DNA of 64,000 nt from positions 252,675-316,674 of the IMG/VR virus record IMGVR_UViG_642918906_000001. The stretch is one strand, 5' to 3'. The translations under genes were made by a program, and so were the position numbers. This document shows, one piece after another, positions 1 through 9,394 of the stretch (its first letter is position 1; the number at the start of each line of letters is the position of its first letter). The DNA is from a virus (taxonomy: Duplodnaviria; Caudoviricetes). The notes beneath the pieces are model-generated. The model saw nothing but the letters and a program-made list of their open reading frames with translations. It was not told the origin of the DNA and searched no databases.

Positions 1-1
1 C

Positions 2-1051
2 ATGGTATTTCAGGCATCTCAGTTTGATCTGAATGACTTCGTTGATAGTGTTAGCTTCGGTCATCTGACTTTGAACCTGAGTCCTAACGCTACTCGTGAC
101 ATGGCTCTGTATGATGAACACATCTACTTCAAGATCTGCAAGCACGGCATCCCACAAGAGATGATGATTCCATATACAGCCTTGATGATCATTCAAGATC
201 CAGATGATCCATCCGGTTCCATGCCATGGCCTTATTTCTTGGATCATGGTGAAGACTACACTCCAGACGAAGATGAAGAACTTGACCAGGGTACCGTAGT
301 TAAGAAATCCAATGTAATCGAACTACCTAACTCGGGAGTTAAATTGGAGTTGCGTATTCCTACGCTGGAGGACTATAACAACCTGAATTTCGACAACGTA
401 CTTCAGTTCCCTAAAAAGGATGCTGATGGAGAACTACCATCCGCCGAAGAAATTGCTGAACTCAATCAACTGATGTCGGACAATGGCATGGACATTAATC
501 TGGTGGAGTTCAAACGAAATGACAAGGGTGAGTTTGAAGTTTCGCTTAGCCTTAATGATAATCCGGTAGTTGAATGGGACGGTAAAGATAAGCATCTCAA
601 GCAACTGTCTGATAACCTACCTAAAGGACTGGTTTCCGATGACGGCATTATTGATGTAGTGAAGCTCGCTTCCAAGGCACAACGTCTGGCACTGGCTGCG
701 CCGCCTACGTTGCAACAACGTATGGCTGAACGCGGTATGAGTGTGATCATCGGTGGAGCTAAGCCTGCTGAAGCTAGCATGCCTTTCATTGATGAAGTCT
801 ATCGTGCTAAGCGTGAACGCCGTGAAGCTATCCAGAAAGCGGCAGACGAAGCGTTGTTCAAAGAGCGAGCACTTCCAGCAGGTACAACCCTAGGTGAAAT
901 GCTTCAATCGCCCGGCATGACCATTCGTTCGGATGGTTCTAAAGGTAACTCGGTGTTCTTCCCTGATCTGGATGTACGTAAGTGCTACTTCCATACTCGA
1001 CGTATTGTTCGTCCAGAATGGCTCCAAGTACATGAAGGGGGTCTGAAATGA
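2..1051 (+). CDS. SspB-like (ClpXP adaptor fold) protein with long acidic C-terminal extension; may be 5'-truncated by the window edge
   Basis: LTLNLSPNATRDMALYDEHIYF...IPYTALMII resembles SspB IVLNIAPRAVGNLELANDEVRF...VPLAAVLAI. Confidence 0.6.
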   Translation: MVFQASQFDLNDFVDSVSFGHLTLNLSPNATRDMALYDEHIYFKICKHGIPQEMMIPYTALMIIQDPDDPSGSMPWPYFLDHGEDYTPDEDEELDQGTVVKKSNVIELPNSGVKLELRIPTLEDYNNLNFDNVLQFPKKDADGELPSAEEIAELNQLMSDNGMDINLVEFKRNDKGEFEVSLSLNDNPVVEWDGKDKHLKQLSDNLPKGLVSDDGIIDVVKLASKAQRLALAAPPTLQQRMAERGMSVIIGGAKPAEASMPFIDEVYRAKRERREAIQKAADEALFKERALPAGTTLGEMLQSPGMTIRSDGSKGNSVFFPDLDVRKCYFHTRRIVRPEWLQVHEGGLK

Positions 1052-1212
1052 TTGACGGTATTTTTGCAGCGGCGTACATCTTCACCATCTTAGGTTGGAT
1101 AGGTATCCCGATGGCGGTGCTAGGTAATAACGATAGGATGTTTAAATATCTATTACCCACTACCATTTGCTTTTCAATATTCACTGTAATATGGACTATT
1201 TTCTATGGATAA
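1048..1212 (+). CDS. Small two-helix membrane protein (54 aa, not in ORF track)
   Basis: Hand translation MIDGIFAAAYIFTILGWIGIPMAVLG...TICFSIFTVIWTIFYG; ATGA overlap with upstream stop. Confidence 0.6.
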   Translation: MIDGIFAAAYIFTILGWIGIPMAVLGNNDRMFKYLLPTTICFSIFTVIWTIFYG

Positions 1213-1603
1213 TATCGGTCGTAACATCGAGGTTCGTGCAATTATCGAGAAAGCTTTTGAAGTATTACAGATGATAAAAGATCCATTGGAACTTTGGTGC
1301 ATCGTAGACCTTGCTCCTGAAGTACGCGGTGCCATTCCACCGACAACAGAGAAGCTGGTGTCTATTGAACTGGGTCCGTTAACCCGTAATACCCGGACGA
1401 CACTACATCCAGATCACTTGATGGTTTCACTTAGTGCAGACACACCTAAGGTTAAATTGCCCTACAGTGCTATCTACTGTATGGCAACCTCAAGTGATCT
1501 AGCCCAGGATCTCAACTGGATGCAGGGTACATCCGAAGGTCGCGACCTAGCCTATGTCGACTTGGTACAACCTTATCACGGGATTCCTAAGTACCAGCAA
1601 TAA
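1205..1603 (+). CDS. Hypothetical protein, possible divergent SspB-like paralog
   Basis: LVSIELGP...HLMVSL...VKLPYSAIYCM echoes the IPYTALMI segment of ORF 2..1051. Confidence 0.5.
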   Translation: MDNIGRNIEVRAIIEKAFEVLQMIKDPLELWCIVDLAPEVRGAIPPTTEKLVSIELGPLTRNTRTTLHPDHLMVSLSADTPKVKLPYSAIYCMATSSDLAQDLNWMQGTSEGRDLAYVDLVQPYHGIPKYQQ

Positions 1604-1659
1604 AACACTCTCGGGGATTACATATGTAATCCCCTTCCTATTTCGCCTAGAGGTATAAA

Positions 1660-3033
1660 ATGCAACAGTATCTAGATTCCATCATTGACATTAAAGAGAA
1701 CGGCGTTTTTAAAGGTGACCGCACTGGCACTGGTACTCAGAGCAAGCTGGGTCAACAAGAACGTTATTCGCTGCGTGACAACACCCTCCCAGTAATTACC
1801 ACCAAGAAGATCCATCTACCGTCTATCATCCATGAACTGATCTGGATGCTATCGGGTGATACACGTGTAGACTACCTGATCGAAAACGGGGTTCGAATCT
1901 GGAACGAGTGGGTAAAACCGCACACCGCTGAATACCGTGCTTTGATGCCAGGTGAATTGCGTAAAGCACTTCAACCAAAAATCGGTGATCGTCATCTATT
2001 GGTCTTTGTATATGGTGAACAGCGTCCAATCAAAGTGATCGATTACAACTCTTATCTGGATTCTCTGAAAGACGAAGCCGCGCGCGATTTCAAACAACAG
2101 TTCAATGAAGAGCAACTAACCACAGCTGAATACGTGATCGAAGTGACACCAGAAGACTGGCGTCGTGTTAGTACACCAGACTTCAAAGAGCACCTTACTC
2201 CAAACCTTATTCCGTACGAATACGACCAGCGTATTTATCGACTACTGTTTGATAAAGAGCCGATGAAGTTGATCGGCGGTGATCTCGGTGCAGTGTATGG
2301 TAAGACTTGGCGTGATATCGAAGACACCCGTGTGATTCCAAAGTATGACTGGGTTGATTATGAAGCTCGTGGTTTTGACTTCGTAGTGGATGTTCCCGGT
2401 ACCAGCATTGAGAATGATCGTTGTGTTGTAACCCGTCGTATCGATCAGATCCAAGACATCATCGATCAACTCCGTACCAACCCTGATTCTCGTCGGATCA
2501 TCGTTTGTGCATGGGCACCTCAACTGGTAGATGAGCAAGCACTTCCACCATGCCATAGCTTCTTCCAGTTCTGGACTCGTGAATTGACAGTGGAAGAAAG
2601 GATCAAGTTACTCCGTACGACTAAACCTGAGATCTATAACGTGATTGATGGGACCACAGGGTATTTCGAACATATCGCTGATATCAATGATATCCCTAAG
2701 CGTGCAATTAGCTGTCACCTCTATCAGCGTTCGGTTGACGCCTTCCTTGGAAAGCCGTTTAACATCACGTTCTATAGTCTGCTGACTCACTGGCTGGCTA
2801 ACCAACTGAACATGGTTGCGGATGAGTTCGTTTGGACTGGTGGGGATTGTCACATCTATTCCAACCACCAAGAACAAACTGATCTTCAGTTGACTCGTGA
2901 ACCGAAAGCTCTGCCAACTATTCGCTTTACTCCTGAAGCTAAGGGTAAAGACATTCGGGAGATCCGTCCAGAAGACTTCGAGATCCTGAACTACGAGTTC
3001 CATCCACACATTGCAGGTAAGGTAGCTGTCTAA
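1660..3033 (+). CDS. thyA: Thymidylate synthase with large insertions
   Basis: DRTGTGT, IIHELIWMLSG, NPDSRRII, ALPPCH (catalytic Cys), LYQRSVDAFLGKPFN, GDCHIY; GAGG RBS. Confidence 0.97.
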   Translation: MQQYLDSIIDIKENGVFKGDRTGTGTQSKLGQQERYSLRDNTLPVITTKKIHLPSIIHELIWMLSGDTRVDYLIENGVRIWNEWVKPHTAEYRALMPGELRKALQPKIGDRHLLVFVYGEQRPIKVIDYNSYLDSLKDEAARDFKQQFNEEQLTTAEYVIEVTPEDWRRVSTPDFKEHLTPNLIPYEYDQRIYRLLFDKEPMKLIGGDLGAVYGKTWRDIEDTRVIPKYDWVDYEARGFDFVVDVPGTSIENDRCVVTRRIDQIQDIIDQLRTNPDSRRIIVCAWAPQLVDEQALPPCHSFFQFWTRELTVEERIKLLRTTKPEIYNVIDGTTGYFEHIADINDIPKRAISCHLYQRSVDAFLGKPFNITFYSLLTHWLANQLNMVADEFVWTGGDCHIYSNHQEQTDLQLTREPKALPTIRFTPEAKGKDIREIRPEDFEILNYEFHPHIAGKVAV

Positions 3034-3266
3034 TGGGTCCTACAGCACTTGAGCTGATTGAAACGAATATCGGTAAAGGTATTCCACTCACGCTTGATGA
3101 TCGCGTGTATTACCATGAAGCTAAGCAGATGGGCGCTGACTACCATAAGGTGGAACCAGCGATTACGAATGCTAAAGACATTCTGTCTTTACTGAGTCGA
3201 CATGGCCTGAATCGCACTGAAGCTGAACTATCCGAGTGGCTGGATAAACAAGGCGTACCTAAGTAA
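3033..3266 (+). CDS. Hypothetical protein
   Basis: TAATG coupling to thyA, followed by a hairpin. Confidence 0.7.
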   Translation: MGPTALELIETNIGKGIPLTLDDRVYYHEAKQMGADYHKVEPAITNAKDILSLLSRHGLNRTEAELSEWLDKQGVPK

Positions 3267-3276
3267 CTGACATAAT

Positions 3277-3299
3277 GGGTCCCTCCGGGGACCCTTTTA
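3277..3299 (+). terminator. Intrinsic terminator
   Basis: GGGTCCC-TCCG-GGGACCC-TTTTA. Confidence 0.7.
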
Positions 3300-3313
3300 T
3301 AATGTGGACTACC

Positions 3314-3868
3314 ATGAACCCTAAATCTGGATTAAGGCCGTATCTGGAAAGAGATGTAGAAGATATCGTTGAGGCTATTATTGACGATGAAGGCAATGTG
3401 GCTTCTCAGATTAAGATCGTGGTCAATGGTCAAACGAGGTTGGTTAACTTAGGTTTGATTAAGAACACGATGAAGTTCATCTGGGAACGACCTGAACCAT
3501 TACCATGGGAGGATACGCTAAAAGAGATACTACTTACAGCATTCCCTGATTACCTTTGGCCGGCAGATACCATAAGCGGTATTAAACTCGAAACCCCACG
3601 TAAGTTGATTCGAACTGCAATAACCAAACGAGACGGCATACTGGTTGCATCTAATGTATTCAGATGTCAATTTGGTGGAAAGGTATTTGGTCCAGAGATA
3701 TCCGCACACTGGATATCAGAACCACTTACTAAATTCCAGCAGATTTACATCATGCATTTACTACTGGCACACGGTGAAGATGGACATGTAGGACATGGGA
3801 TGGTTGACTGGGAACTATTCGTAGATCTAACCACTAATGAAGCTCGATTCGACTTGAGGAATCAATGA
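3314..3868 (+). CDS. Hypothetical protein
   Basis: Long ORF; start moved past the terminator to MNPK. Confidence 0.7.
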   Translation: MNPKSGLRPYLERDVEDIVEAIIDDEGNVASQIKIVVNGQTRLVNLGLIKNTMKFIWERPEPLPWEDTLKEILLTAFPDYLWPADTISGIKLETPRKLIRTAITKRDGILVASNVFRCQFGGKVFGPEISAHWISEPLTKFQQIYIMHLLLAHGEDGHVGHGMVDWELFVDLTTNEARFDLRNQ

Positions 3869-4188
3869 TGGAACAAGGTATCATAAACCGCATTCGCCAA
3901 TTGGCAGAAGATCTGGATATCGCTGAAACGTATCCAAAGCACATCAACATCACCTTTGATGAAGCTAACGATTACGCAGTCAAGGTACTCAATGCTAAAT
4001 TGAATGGGGTCCCAATGGCAGTGGTCTTGGTCAGTGTTGAATACGACCAAGGGTTGTTGAATTGCCTACGTGGGATTATGGAACAGCGCTTTGGGATGGG
4101 TGAACACATCCTCGACATCAAGGTTCCTAAAACACTCGATCGGATTATCATCAAGTTCGATCAACCTTATTCGTTACTGGAGGCTTAA
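3865..4188 (+). CDS. Hypothetical protein
   Basis: GAGG RBS, overlap with upstream stop. Confidence 0.75.
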   Translation: MMEQGIINRIRQLAEDLDIAETYPKHINITFDEANDYAVKVLNAKLNGVPMAVVLVSVEYDQGLLNCLRGIMEQRFGMGEHILDIKVPKTLDRIIIKFDQPYSLLEA

Positions 4189-4407
4189 ATGGATAGTCGT
4201 GCACAGATCATCGGCGCTCGGTATTCGCCATCAGTGAGAGGTTACATACTGGAAGCTATGGAATTAGAAAGGATCGTCAGTGACTTACATTGGTCGCAGA
4301 TGGGCGCTAATGATTGTAAGAATGATCATGGTGAACGAACCAACCATAAACTGAAAGATCAACCGTTCTATGCACGGGGTCGTAACGGTAAAATGCGCAA
4401 TTGGTAA
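4189..4407 (+). CDS. Hypothetical protein
   Basis: GGAGG RBS, abuts upstream ORF. Confidence 0.7.
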   Translation: MDSRAQIIGARYSPSVRGYILEAMELERIVSDLHWSQMGANDCKNDHGERTNHKLKDQPFYARGRNGKMRNW

Positions 4408-4435
4408 CACTTTAATCTATTAAGAGGAAACAAAG

Positions 4436-5842
4436 ATGTCGGCAGTTAAATATAGTGCAGTAGTTGAAAACACCCGTAAACTGGTGCGTGTAGTAAAGGT
4501 AGATGCAATTACCCCAATCAAGAAAGCTGACTTTATCGAGCTGGCCAAAATCGATGGTTGGCAATGTGTAGTAAAGAAAGACGAGTTCAAAGCAGGTGAT
4601 CTGGCAGTGTATGCTGAGATCGATTCCCTGTTACCACTCGACAATCCACTGTTCGCCTTCCTTGGTGAGCGTTCGGATGGTAAGCGGACATTTGATGGCG
4701 TAGCGTACTCTCGTATCCGCACCGCTAAGATGCGTGGTGAAGTATCACAAGGTTTGTTGCTACCACTACCAGAACAATTCAAGGGTAAGAAGGTCGGTAC
4801 TAACCTGACCAACGAACTCGGTGTTCGTAAACTGGAAGCTGAGATCGCTAACGTTGATGGCTTTGATGGTCGTCTTAACAAGGATGGTCCGATTAGTCTG
4901 TGGGAACGTCTGGCGCGTTTTGTAGCAGGTCCACCTGCCGAAGCAATGCATCTTCCTTTCCCTGCTCAGATCTCTAAATCAGATCAAGAGCGTGTTCAGA
5001 ATATCGGTAACCAATATGCCGAAGCAGCGGCGTCCGGCGAGACGTTCGAGGAAACGGTTAAGGTCGATGGTCAATCCATGACAGTTTATAGCTTCCGCGA
5101 TATGGATGAGGCTGGTCCTATTCGCCGCTACGGCGTTTGTTCGCGTAACTTCGACATGCGTATGACTGATGTTGTATTCACCCCTGTACAGGCTTTCCGT
5201 CGCTTTGTAGCACAGAACATGCTTGCCTTAAGTGGTGGGTTCAGTGGTTTGTTCCGTACGGCTCAATTCCTGACTAAACAGGTTATGGATAAAAAGCTGG
5301 ATGCCGACTACGCCATTAAAGAGTACTTCACTAAGCGGTACTTCTGGTTCTCTCCATTTAAAATGTGCATCGCCGCAATGGATGATAACTGCGTCAATTA
5401 TGTTATCACCAACAAAGTACTGGATAAACTGGCAGCTTACAACGTACTGCACGATGACTGCATTACTGTACAGGGTGAGTTGTTCGGTCCAGGTATCCAG
5501 AAGAACTATGAACGTCCTGCTGAGAAACGTTTCGCAGTGTATCAGGTGTATCGTAATGGTAGCGAATGGGTTAAACCGATCGAAGCTCGCGCTATTACCG
5601 AAAGCATCGGCTTGGAATACGTTAAAGTACTGAATGGTTCCACTACGCTACCTAAGTCGGTTAAGGAAGTTCTGACCCGTGCTAAAGGTAAGGGTGCCTA
5701 TGCAGCTTTTGACCCATCGATCAATGCCGTACCTGACATCAACCGTGAAGGTATTGTATTTAAATCAAACACTCGTGATTTCAGCTTTAAGGTAATCTCG
5801 ACTGAATATCTTCTTGAAGCCGAAGCAGCTATGGAAGAATAA
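4436..5842 (+). CDS. RNA ligase, DRB0094/Rnl2-like
   Basis: N-terminal ADFIELAKIDGWQCVVKKDEFKAGDLAVY.EIDSLLP domain; nucleotidyltransferase motifs KVDG, VQGELFG, REGIVFK, FKVIS. Confidence 0.9.
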   Translation: MSAVKYSAVVENTRKLVRVVKVDAITPIKKADFIELAKIDGWQCVVKKDEFKAGDLAVYAEIDSLLPLDNPLFAFLGERSDGKRTFDGVAYSRIRTAKMRGEVSQGLLLPLPEQFKGKKVGTNLTNELGVRKLEAEIANVDGFDGRLNKDGPISLWERLARFVAGPPAEAMHLPFPAQISKSDQERVQNIGNQYAEAAASGETFEETVKVDGQSMTVYSFRDMDEAGPIRRYGVCSRNFDMRMTDVVFTPVQAFRRFVAQNMLALSGGFSGLFRTAQFLTKQVMDKKLDADYAIKEYFTKRYFWFSPFKMCIAAMDDNCVNYVITNKVLDKLAAYNVLHDDCITVQGELFGPGIQKNYERPAEKRFAVYQVYRNGSEWVKPIEARAITESIGLEYVKVLNGSTTLPKSVKEVLTRAKGKGAYAAFDPSINAVPDINREGIVFKSNTRDFSFKVISTEYLLEAEAAMEE

Positions 5843-5878
5843 GTAGTACTTACAAATTAATCTTAAAGTGAGGATACA

Positions 5879-6610
5879 ATGACACTGCGTATGGAATGGC
5901 GAGAAACCGTTGAATGGCTCCACATGGAAGCACGTATGTTCTATTTCCATGAACCACTCAAGTTCCCTGAAGGCGAGTTTGAGGTATTCGTACCAGCATG
6001 GTTGTTACGAATGGGTAGTTTGGTCCGCACTACCACGCATACGCCCATTGCGAACAATCCAAATGCAAAGTTTCTTTGGTGGTGTTGGCTGCGACTTGAT
6101 CCCGAACAAAAGGAAATTCTTCAAGCGTCTGATACGATGGGTGTCATCGAACATATGGCTAGAGAGTTCGAGTGTTTCCCGACGCTCTTGGCTGACATGC
6201 AGGATCAGCGCAAGATTTATGACTATTGGAACTCTAACCAATACGTCACCACTATCTACAAACTTACACCTAAGTGCATTACCCGTCTAGACAAAGAAAC
6301 ATACTTGGAAGTTTTCTTCCAGTATCAAAGTGATCTAAGGTATCCACGTATCAAGAACTTGGCTATCCAGTATCACGAGAACCTTGAAGACGTACTGGCC
6401 TATGTTGGCCCGACTTACACAGTGATCTCACATACCGATGCACGACTGGTCCTCAAGACCCCTAATGGTAACGCACAGATCCTCAAAGACCAGTGGCTTT
6501 GGTTTAATGGTTTGGAATTCTGTCACGGTGACCTCAAACGGTTGAAACAGGTTCAACTGGGATATCTTGATCCACGTGATGCCCCTGGTATCTGGATTAA
6601 GCCCACTTGA
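5879..6610 (+). CDS. Hypothetical protein
   Basis: 243-aa ORF, GAGGA RBS. Confidence 0.8.
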   Translation: MTLRMEWRETVEWLHMEARMFYFHEPLKFPEGEFEVFVPAWLLRMGSLVRTTTHTPIANNPNAKFLWWCWLRLDPEQKEILQASDTMGVIEHMAREFECFPTLLADMQDQRKIYDYWNSNQYVTTIYKLTPKCITRLDKETYLEVFFQYQSDLRYPRIKNLAIQYHENLEDVLAYVGPTYTVISHTDARLVLKTPNGNAQILKDQWLWFNGLEFCHGDLKRLKQVQLGYLDPRDAPGIWIKPT

Positions 6611-6639
6611 CCTAAACGAGCTATTCCGCAGAATAATCT

Positions 6640-6939
6640 ATGTCAAGAGGTAGTGTAATGATTAAGGGTCGACACATTTACAGCATCTACGAAAATACGA
6701 TTGGTATTGTTCCAGGCAATAAGGTTCAATACCGTATCTACAAAGGTAGTGAGCTTCTGAGTTCAGTTAACCTGATTGCAACCAAGGTTGATATGGTTAA
6801 TCGGAAACCCGTGGATGATTATCGTCTGTGGATGACTGGCGACGAACGCCAAGTTACAGTTGATGCAAGGGCAGTGGTGTTAGCTTACCAGAATGCCCCA
6901 TTATCTGAAGGACTCCATTTTGAACTAGAGGTAATTTGA
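6640..6939 (+). CDS. Hypothetical protein
   Basis: ORF in operon; GAGG RBS precedes the second Met. Confidence 0.7.
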   Translation: MSRGSVMIKGRHIYSIYENTIGIVPGNKVQYRIYKGSELLSSVNLIATKVDMVNRKPVDDYRLWMTGDERQVTVDARAVVLAYQNAPLSEGLHFELEVI

Positions 6940-6940
6940 T

Positions 6941-7030
6941 ATGAATGCAATCGGTTGTGAAGAAATTGGTGTAGGTGAAGGTCTCTTTAAAGAAGAATAC
7001 GAGGGTCTTGATGAATATGAAGGGTATTGA
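6941..7030 (+). CDS. Acidic micropeptide (29 aa)
   Basis: MNAIGCEEIGVGEGLFKEEYEGLDEYEGY, GAGGT RBS. Confidence 0.45.
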   Translation: MNAIGCEEIGVGEGLFKEEYEGLDEYEGY

Positions 7031-7094
7031 CCAGAGTTATTTAATCATACGCTAGCCCCTCATTCCGAGGGGCGCGTCATGATAGGTAACTGTA

Positions 7095-7355
7095 ATGTCA
7101 TACGACAAAGTGTCTCGCCGTGTTAACCGTGTAGAATCCGCCCGAGTGATCCGTAACCAAACTACGGTCTATCTGCTTTACAACGAGTCGAAGTGGCTCA
7201 AGACGCAGAAACCTCATAGCTTCGCCAAAGGTAAGGCTATGAACTGTAGTTGCGGTACGTGCCGTGGTTGGGGACGAGTAGCACGTCAAGATCGTTTTAA
7301 CCTCCAGTTGGAGAAATCAGGAATGACTAAATATGACGTACGTCCAGACATCTGA
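7095..7355 (+). CDS. Small basic protein with CxCxxC motif
   Basis: NCSCGTC; Arg/Lys rich. Confidence 0.7.
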   Translation: MSYDKVSRRVNRVESARVIRNQTTVYLLYNESKWLKTQKPHSFAKGKAMNCSCGTCRGWGRVARQDRFNLQLEKSGMTKYDVRPDI

Positions 7356-7435
7356 AGAGGAATGGGTATGAACAAAGAAACGATTATCGATGAGCGTCCA
7401 GATATCATCACTCGTGAAGAAGACTGGATCTAACT

Positions 7436-7464
7436 AAAAGAGTCCCTTCGGGGACTCTTTTATT
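7436..7464 (+). terminator. Intrinsic terminator
   Basis: AAAAGAGTCCC-TTCG-GGGACTCTTTT. Confidence 0.85.
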
Positions 7465-7486
7465 CCCTGTTATCAAGAGGTGCGGT

Positions 7487-7804
7487 ATGAGTACACTAAG
7501 TGTTTACCGAGTGGGGCTTGAAGGCAAGCCTGAGTTTAAAGTCGTCGTATCGGGTGGTGGCATTACCCGTGTACGCAATAGCTTCCTAGCGCGGTCTAAG
7601 GACCTTGTAAAGGCAAAGTTTAAAGTAATGGCTGTAAAGCATCGAGACTGGGCTATTGTTAATCGGCATCGCCTAGAAATTAATAATATCACCATCGAGA
7701 CATTAGCGGAAAACCTACTCCCTGGAGCAGCTCAACTCTACGCTAATCTTTACATTAATGATTACCCTCAACCTGAACATATCCTCAATCACAAAGGAGC
7801 TTGA
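7487..7804 (+). CDS. Hypothetical protein
   Basis: GAGGT RBS. Confidence 0.75.
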   Translation: MSTLSVYRVGLEGKPEFKVVVSGGGITRVRNSFLARSKDLVKAKFKVMAVKHRDWAIVNRHRLEINNITIETLAENLLPGAAQLYANLYINDYPQPEHILNHKGA

Positions 7805-7805
7805 T

Positions 7806-8201
7806 ATGGACCCGTATCCACATGGCACTGCACACCTCAAAGGTAAAGATCGCTGGATCGCCTACTGGCACATCACTACGTTCCTGGCAATCCTTATGGG
7901 TGCATGGTTACTACACGTGTTGTTCTTTGGTTGGTACTATTGGTTGTTTAAGGGCAAAGGTTATCTCATCCGTGCAAGTGATATCGAGGAAGATTTGGAA
8001 GTTAACAATTCCAAATGGTGGAACAAATATGATGTTGCAGCGGCTAAGAAAGCGGCGGCCTTAAATGATCCAGATAGTCTAGTGCTCTTTACATGGCGTG
8101 TACATCCCCTGTTTATGGCGACTGATATGCTTTATATCCAATCCAAAGGTTATGCTGCGCGGATCTGGGATGAACGCGAAAAGATTTACCACTTTCGCTA
8201 A
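7806..8201 (+). CDS. Membrane protein
   Basis: AAGGAG RBS before MDPYP; hydrophobic stretch ITTFLAILMGAWLLHVLFFGWYYWLF. Confidence 0.75.
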   Translation: MDPYPHGTAHLKGKDRWIAYWHITTFLAILMGAWLLHVLFFGWYYWLFKGKGYLIRASDIEEDLEVNNSKWWNKYDVAAAKKAAALNDPDSLVLFTWRVHPLFMATDMLYIQSKGYAARIWDEREKIYHFR

Positions 8202-8236
8202 TAGTCTGTAATACGTTCAATTTCTAAGAGGTGTAT

Positions 8237-8857
8237 ATGGAAGCTAAAGTCGGTACTAAACTGCAACCCCAAGGTGTATTTAGCATTGTGGGTTTGCTAC
8301 CAAAAGAGCTACAGGAACGGTTCCGCAAAGAATGCTGGACCGAAGAGAAACAAGAAGAGACCGATTTCGTTCCAGATCCGGTACTCAAGTATGACCATGT
8401 ATTGGGTCTGAGCTGGCTGACCGCTGAGGGTATCCCGAATACCCAAGAGGAACTCGATGCACAACGTGAGATGATCTTTAAGACGATGATCTCTGGTCCG
8501 ACCACTTACAACGTGGGTCAGTTCTTTGTATTGTTCCCTAACGTGGTTTACACCACTCGGGACATTGAAGACTCTCTGATGATCGTTGAAGTGCTGGATG
8601 AACTCGAGTTTCCAGCTACTGACAATCTGGTAACCCCTGCACTCCCTGAGTACAACCAATATGGTTACATGAGTCGTGAGGCTCTGGCCATACGTGCGGC
8701 ACTGCATTCGTACGTTGCATCAGGCCGTATTAAGATTCACGAAGGTGCGATGCGCATGTACGCCTGTGAAGAACAATACAAATTTGAAGAAAGGTATAAG
8801 AAGCCTGACGAGAAGCCTTTGACTTTCGTCGAAATGGCTCGCCGCCGCCGAGGTTAA
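8237..8857 (+). CDS. Hypothetical protein
   Basis: GAGGT RBS, ~206 aa. Confidence 0.8.
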   Translation: MEAKVGTKLQPQGVFSIVGLLPKELQERFRKECWTEEKQEETDFVPDPVLKYDHVLGLSWLTAEGIPNTQEELDAQREMIFKTMISGPTTYNVGQFFVLFPNVVYTTRDIEDSLMIVEVLDELEFPATDNLVTPALPEYNQYGYMSREALAIRAALHSYVASGRIKIHEGAMRMYACEEQYKFEERYKKPDEKPLTFVEMARRRRG

Positions 8858-8859
8858 TT

Positions 8860-8970
8860 ATGCGTTACGTGATTGGCGCACTGATTTCAATCGTAATCGT
8901 TTTTGGTTTGGGCTACGGCCTGAACCAAACGGTTATTAAAACTCATCAACTGGAGCAGCAGAATGAGTAA
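8860..8970 (+). CDS. Single-TM micropeptide (36 aa)
   Basis: MRYVIGALISIVIVFGLGYGL..., GAGGT RBS. Confidence 0.55.
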   Translation: MRYVIGALISIVIVFGLGYGLNQTVIKTHQLEQQNE

Positions 8971-9385
8971 ACAGCAGTATACTCACGCCATGCTGTTGGC
9001 AATGCAGCTGGCCAGCGTGTTTAAACACGTTGACGATTTAGGGATACGTCGAGAAACGTACCAGAACTTCACCCAACTCGAAGGCGAACACGATGACATC
9101 ATTCGTATTAGCTATGATGAGGGTACCCGTAAAGGCCGTAGTTATGTAGAGGCTATTGTTAATAGCGATCGAAATAGCTTTAGGTTCAGACAACGTTTTA
9201 ATTTCGGTATTCTACTGGAACTTGAAATTGATTACTTACACAGTGAAGGTGGTTATCGATCCCTACTCGAAACCATTAAAGACGATACAATCGATGCGGG
9301 TTATCGGACCGAACTAATCTTCGACTTCGAATACTGTATCTCGCTCTTTACTGAGCATGTAGCTTCCAACTTAAATAAAGATTAG
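8963..9385 (+). CDS. Hypothetical protein
   Basis: GGAG RBS. Confidence 0.75.
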   Translation: MSKQQYTHAMLLAMQLASVFKHVDDLGIRRETYQNFTQLEGEHDDIIRISYDEGTRKGRSYVEAIVNSDRNSFRFRQRFNFGILLELEIDYLHSEGGYRSLLETIKDDTIDAGYRTELIFDFEYCISLFTEHVASNLNKD

Positions 9386-9394
9386 GGTACCTGC

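Noticed and set aside
1660-3033. Intein or dCMP hydroxymethylase reading of the long ThyA
   Set aside because: No C/S...HN splice-junction pattern at the inserts, and the dUMP-specific Asn is retained
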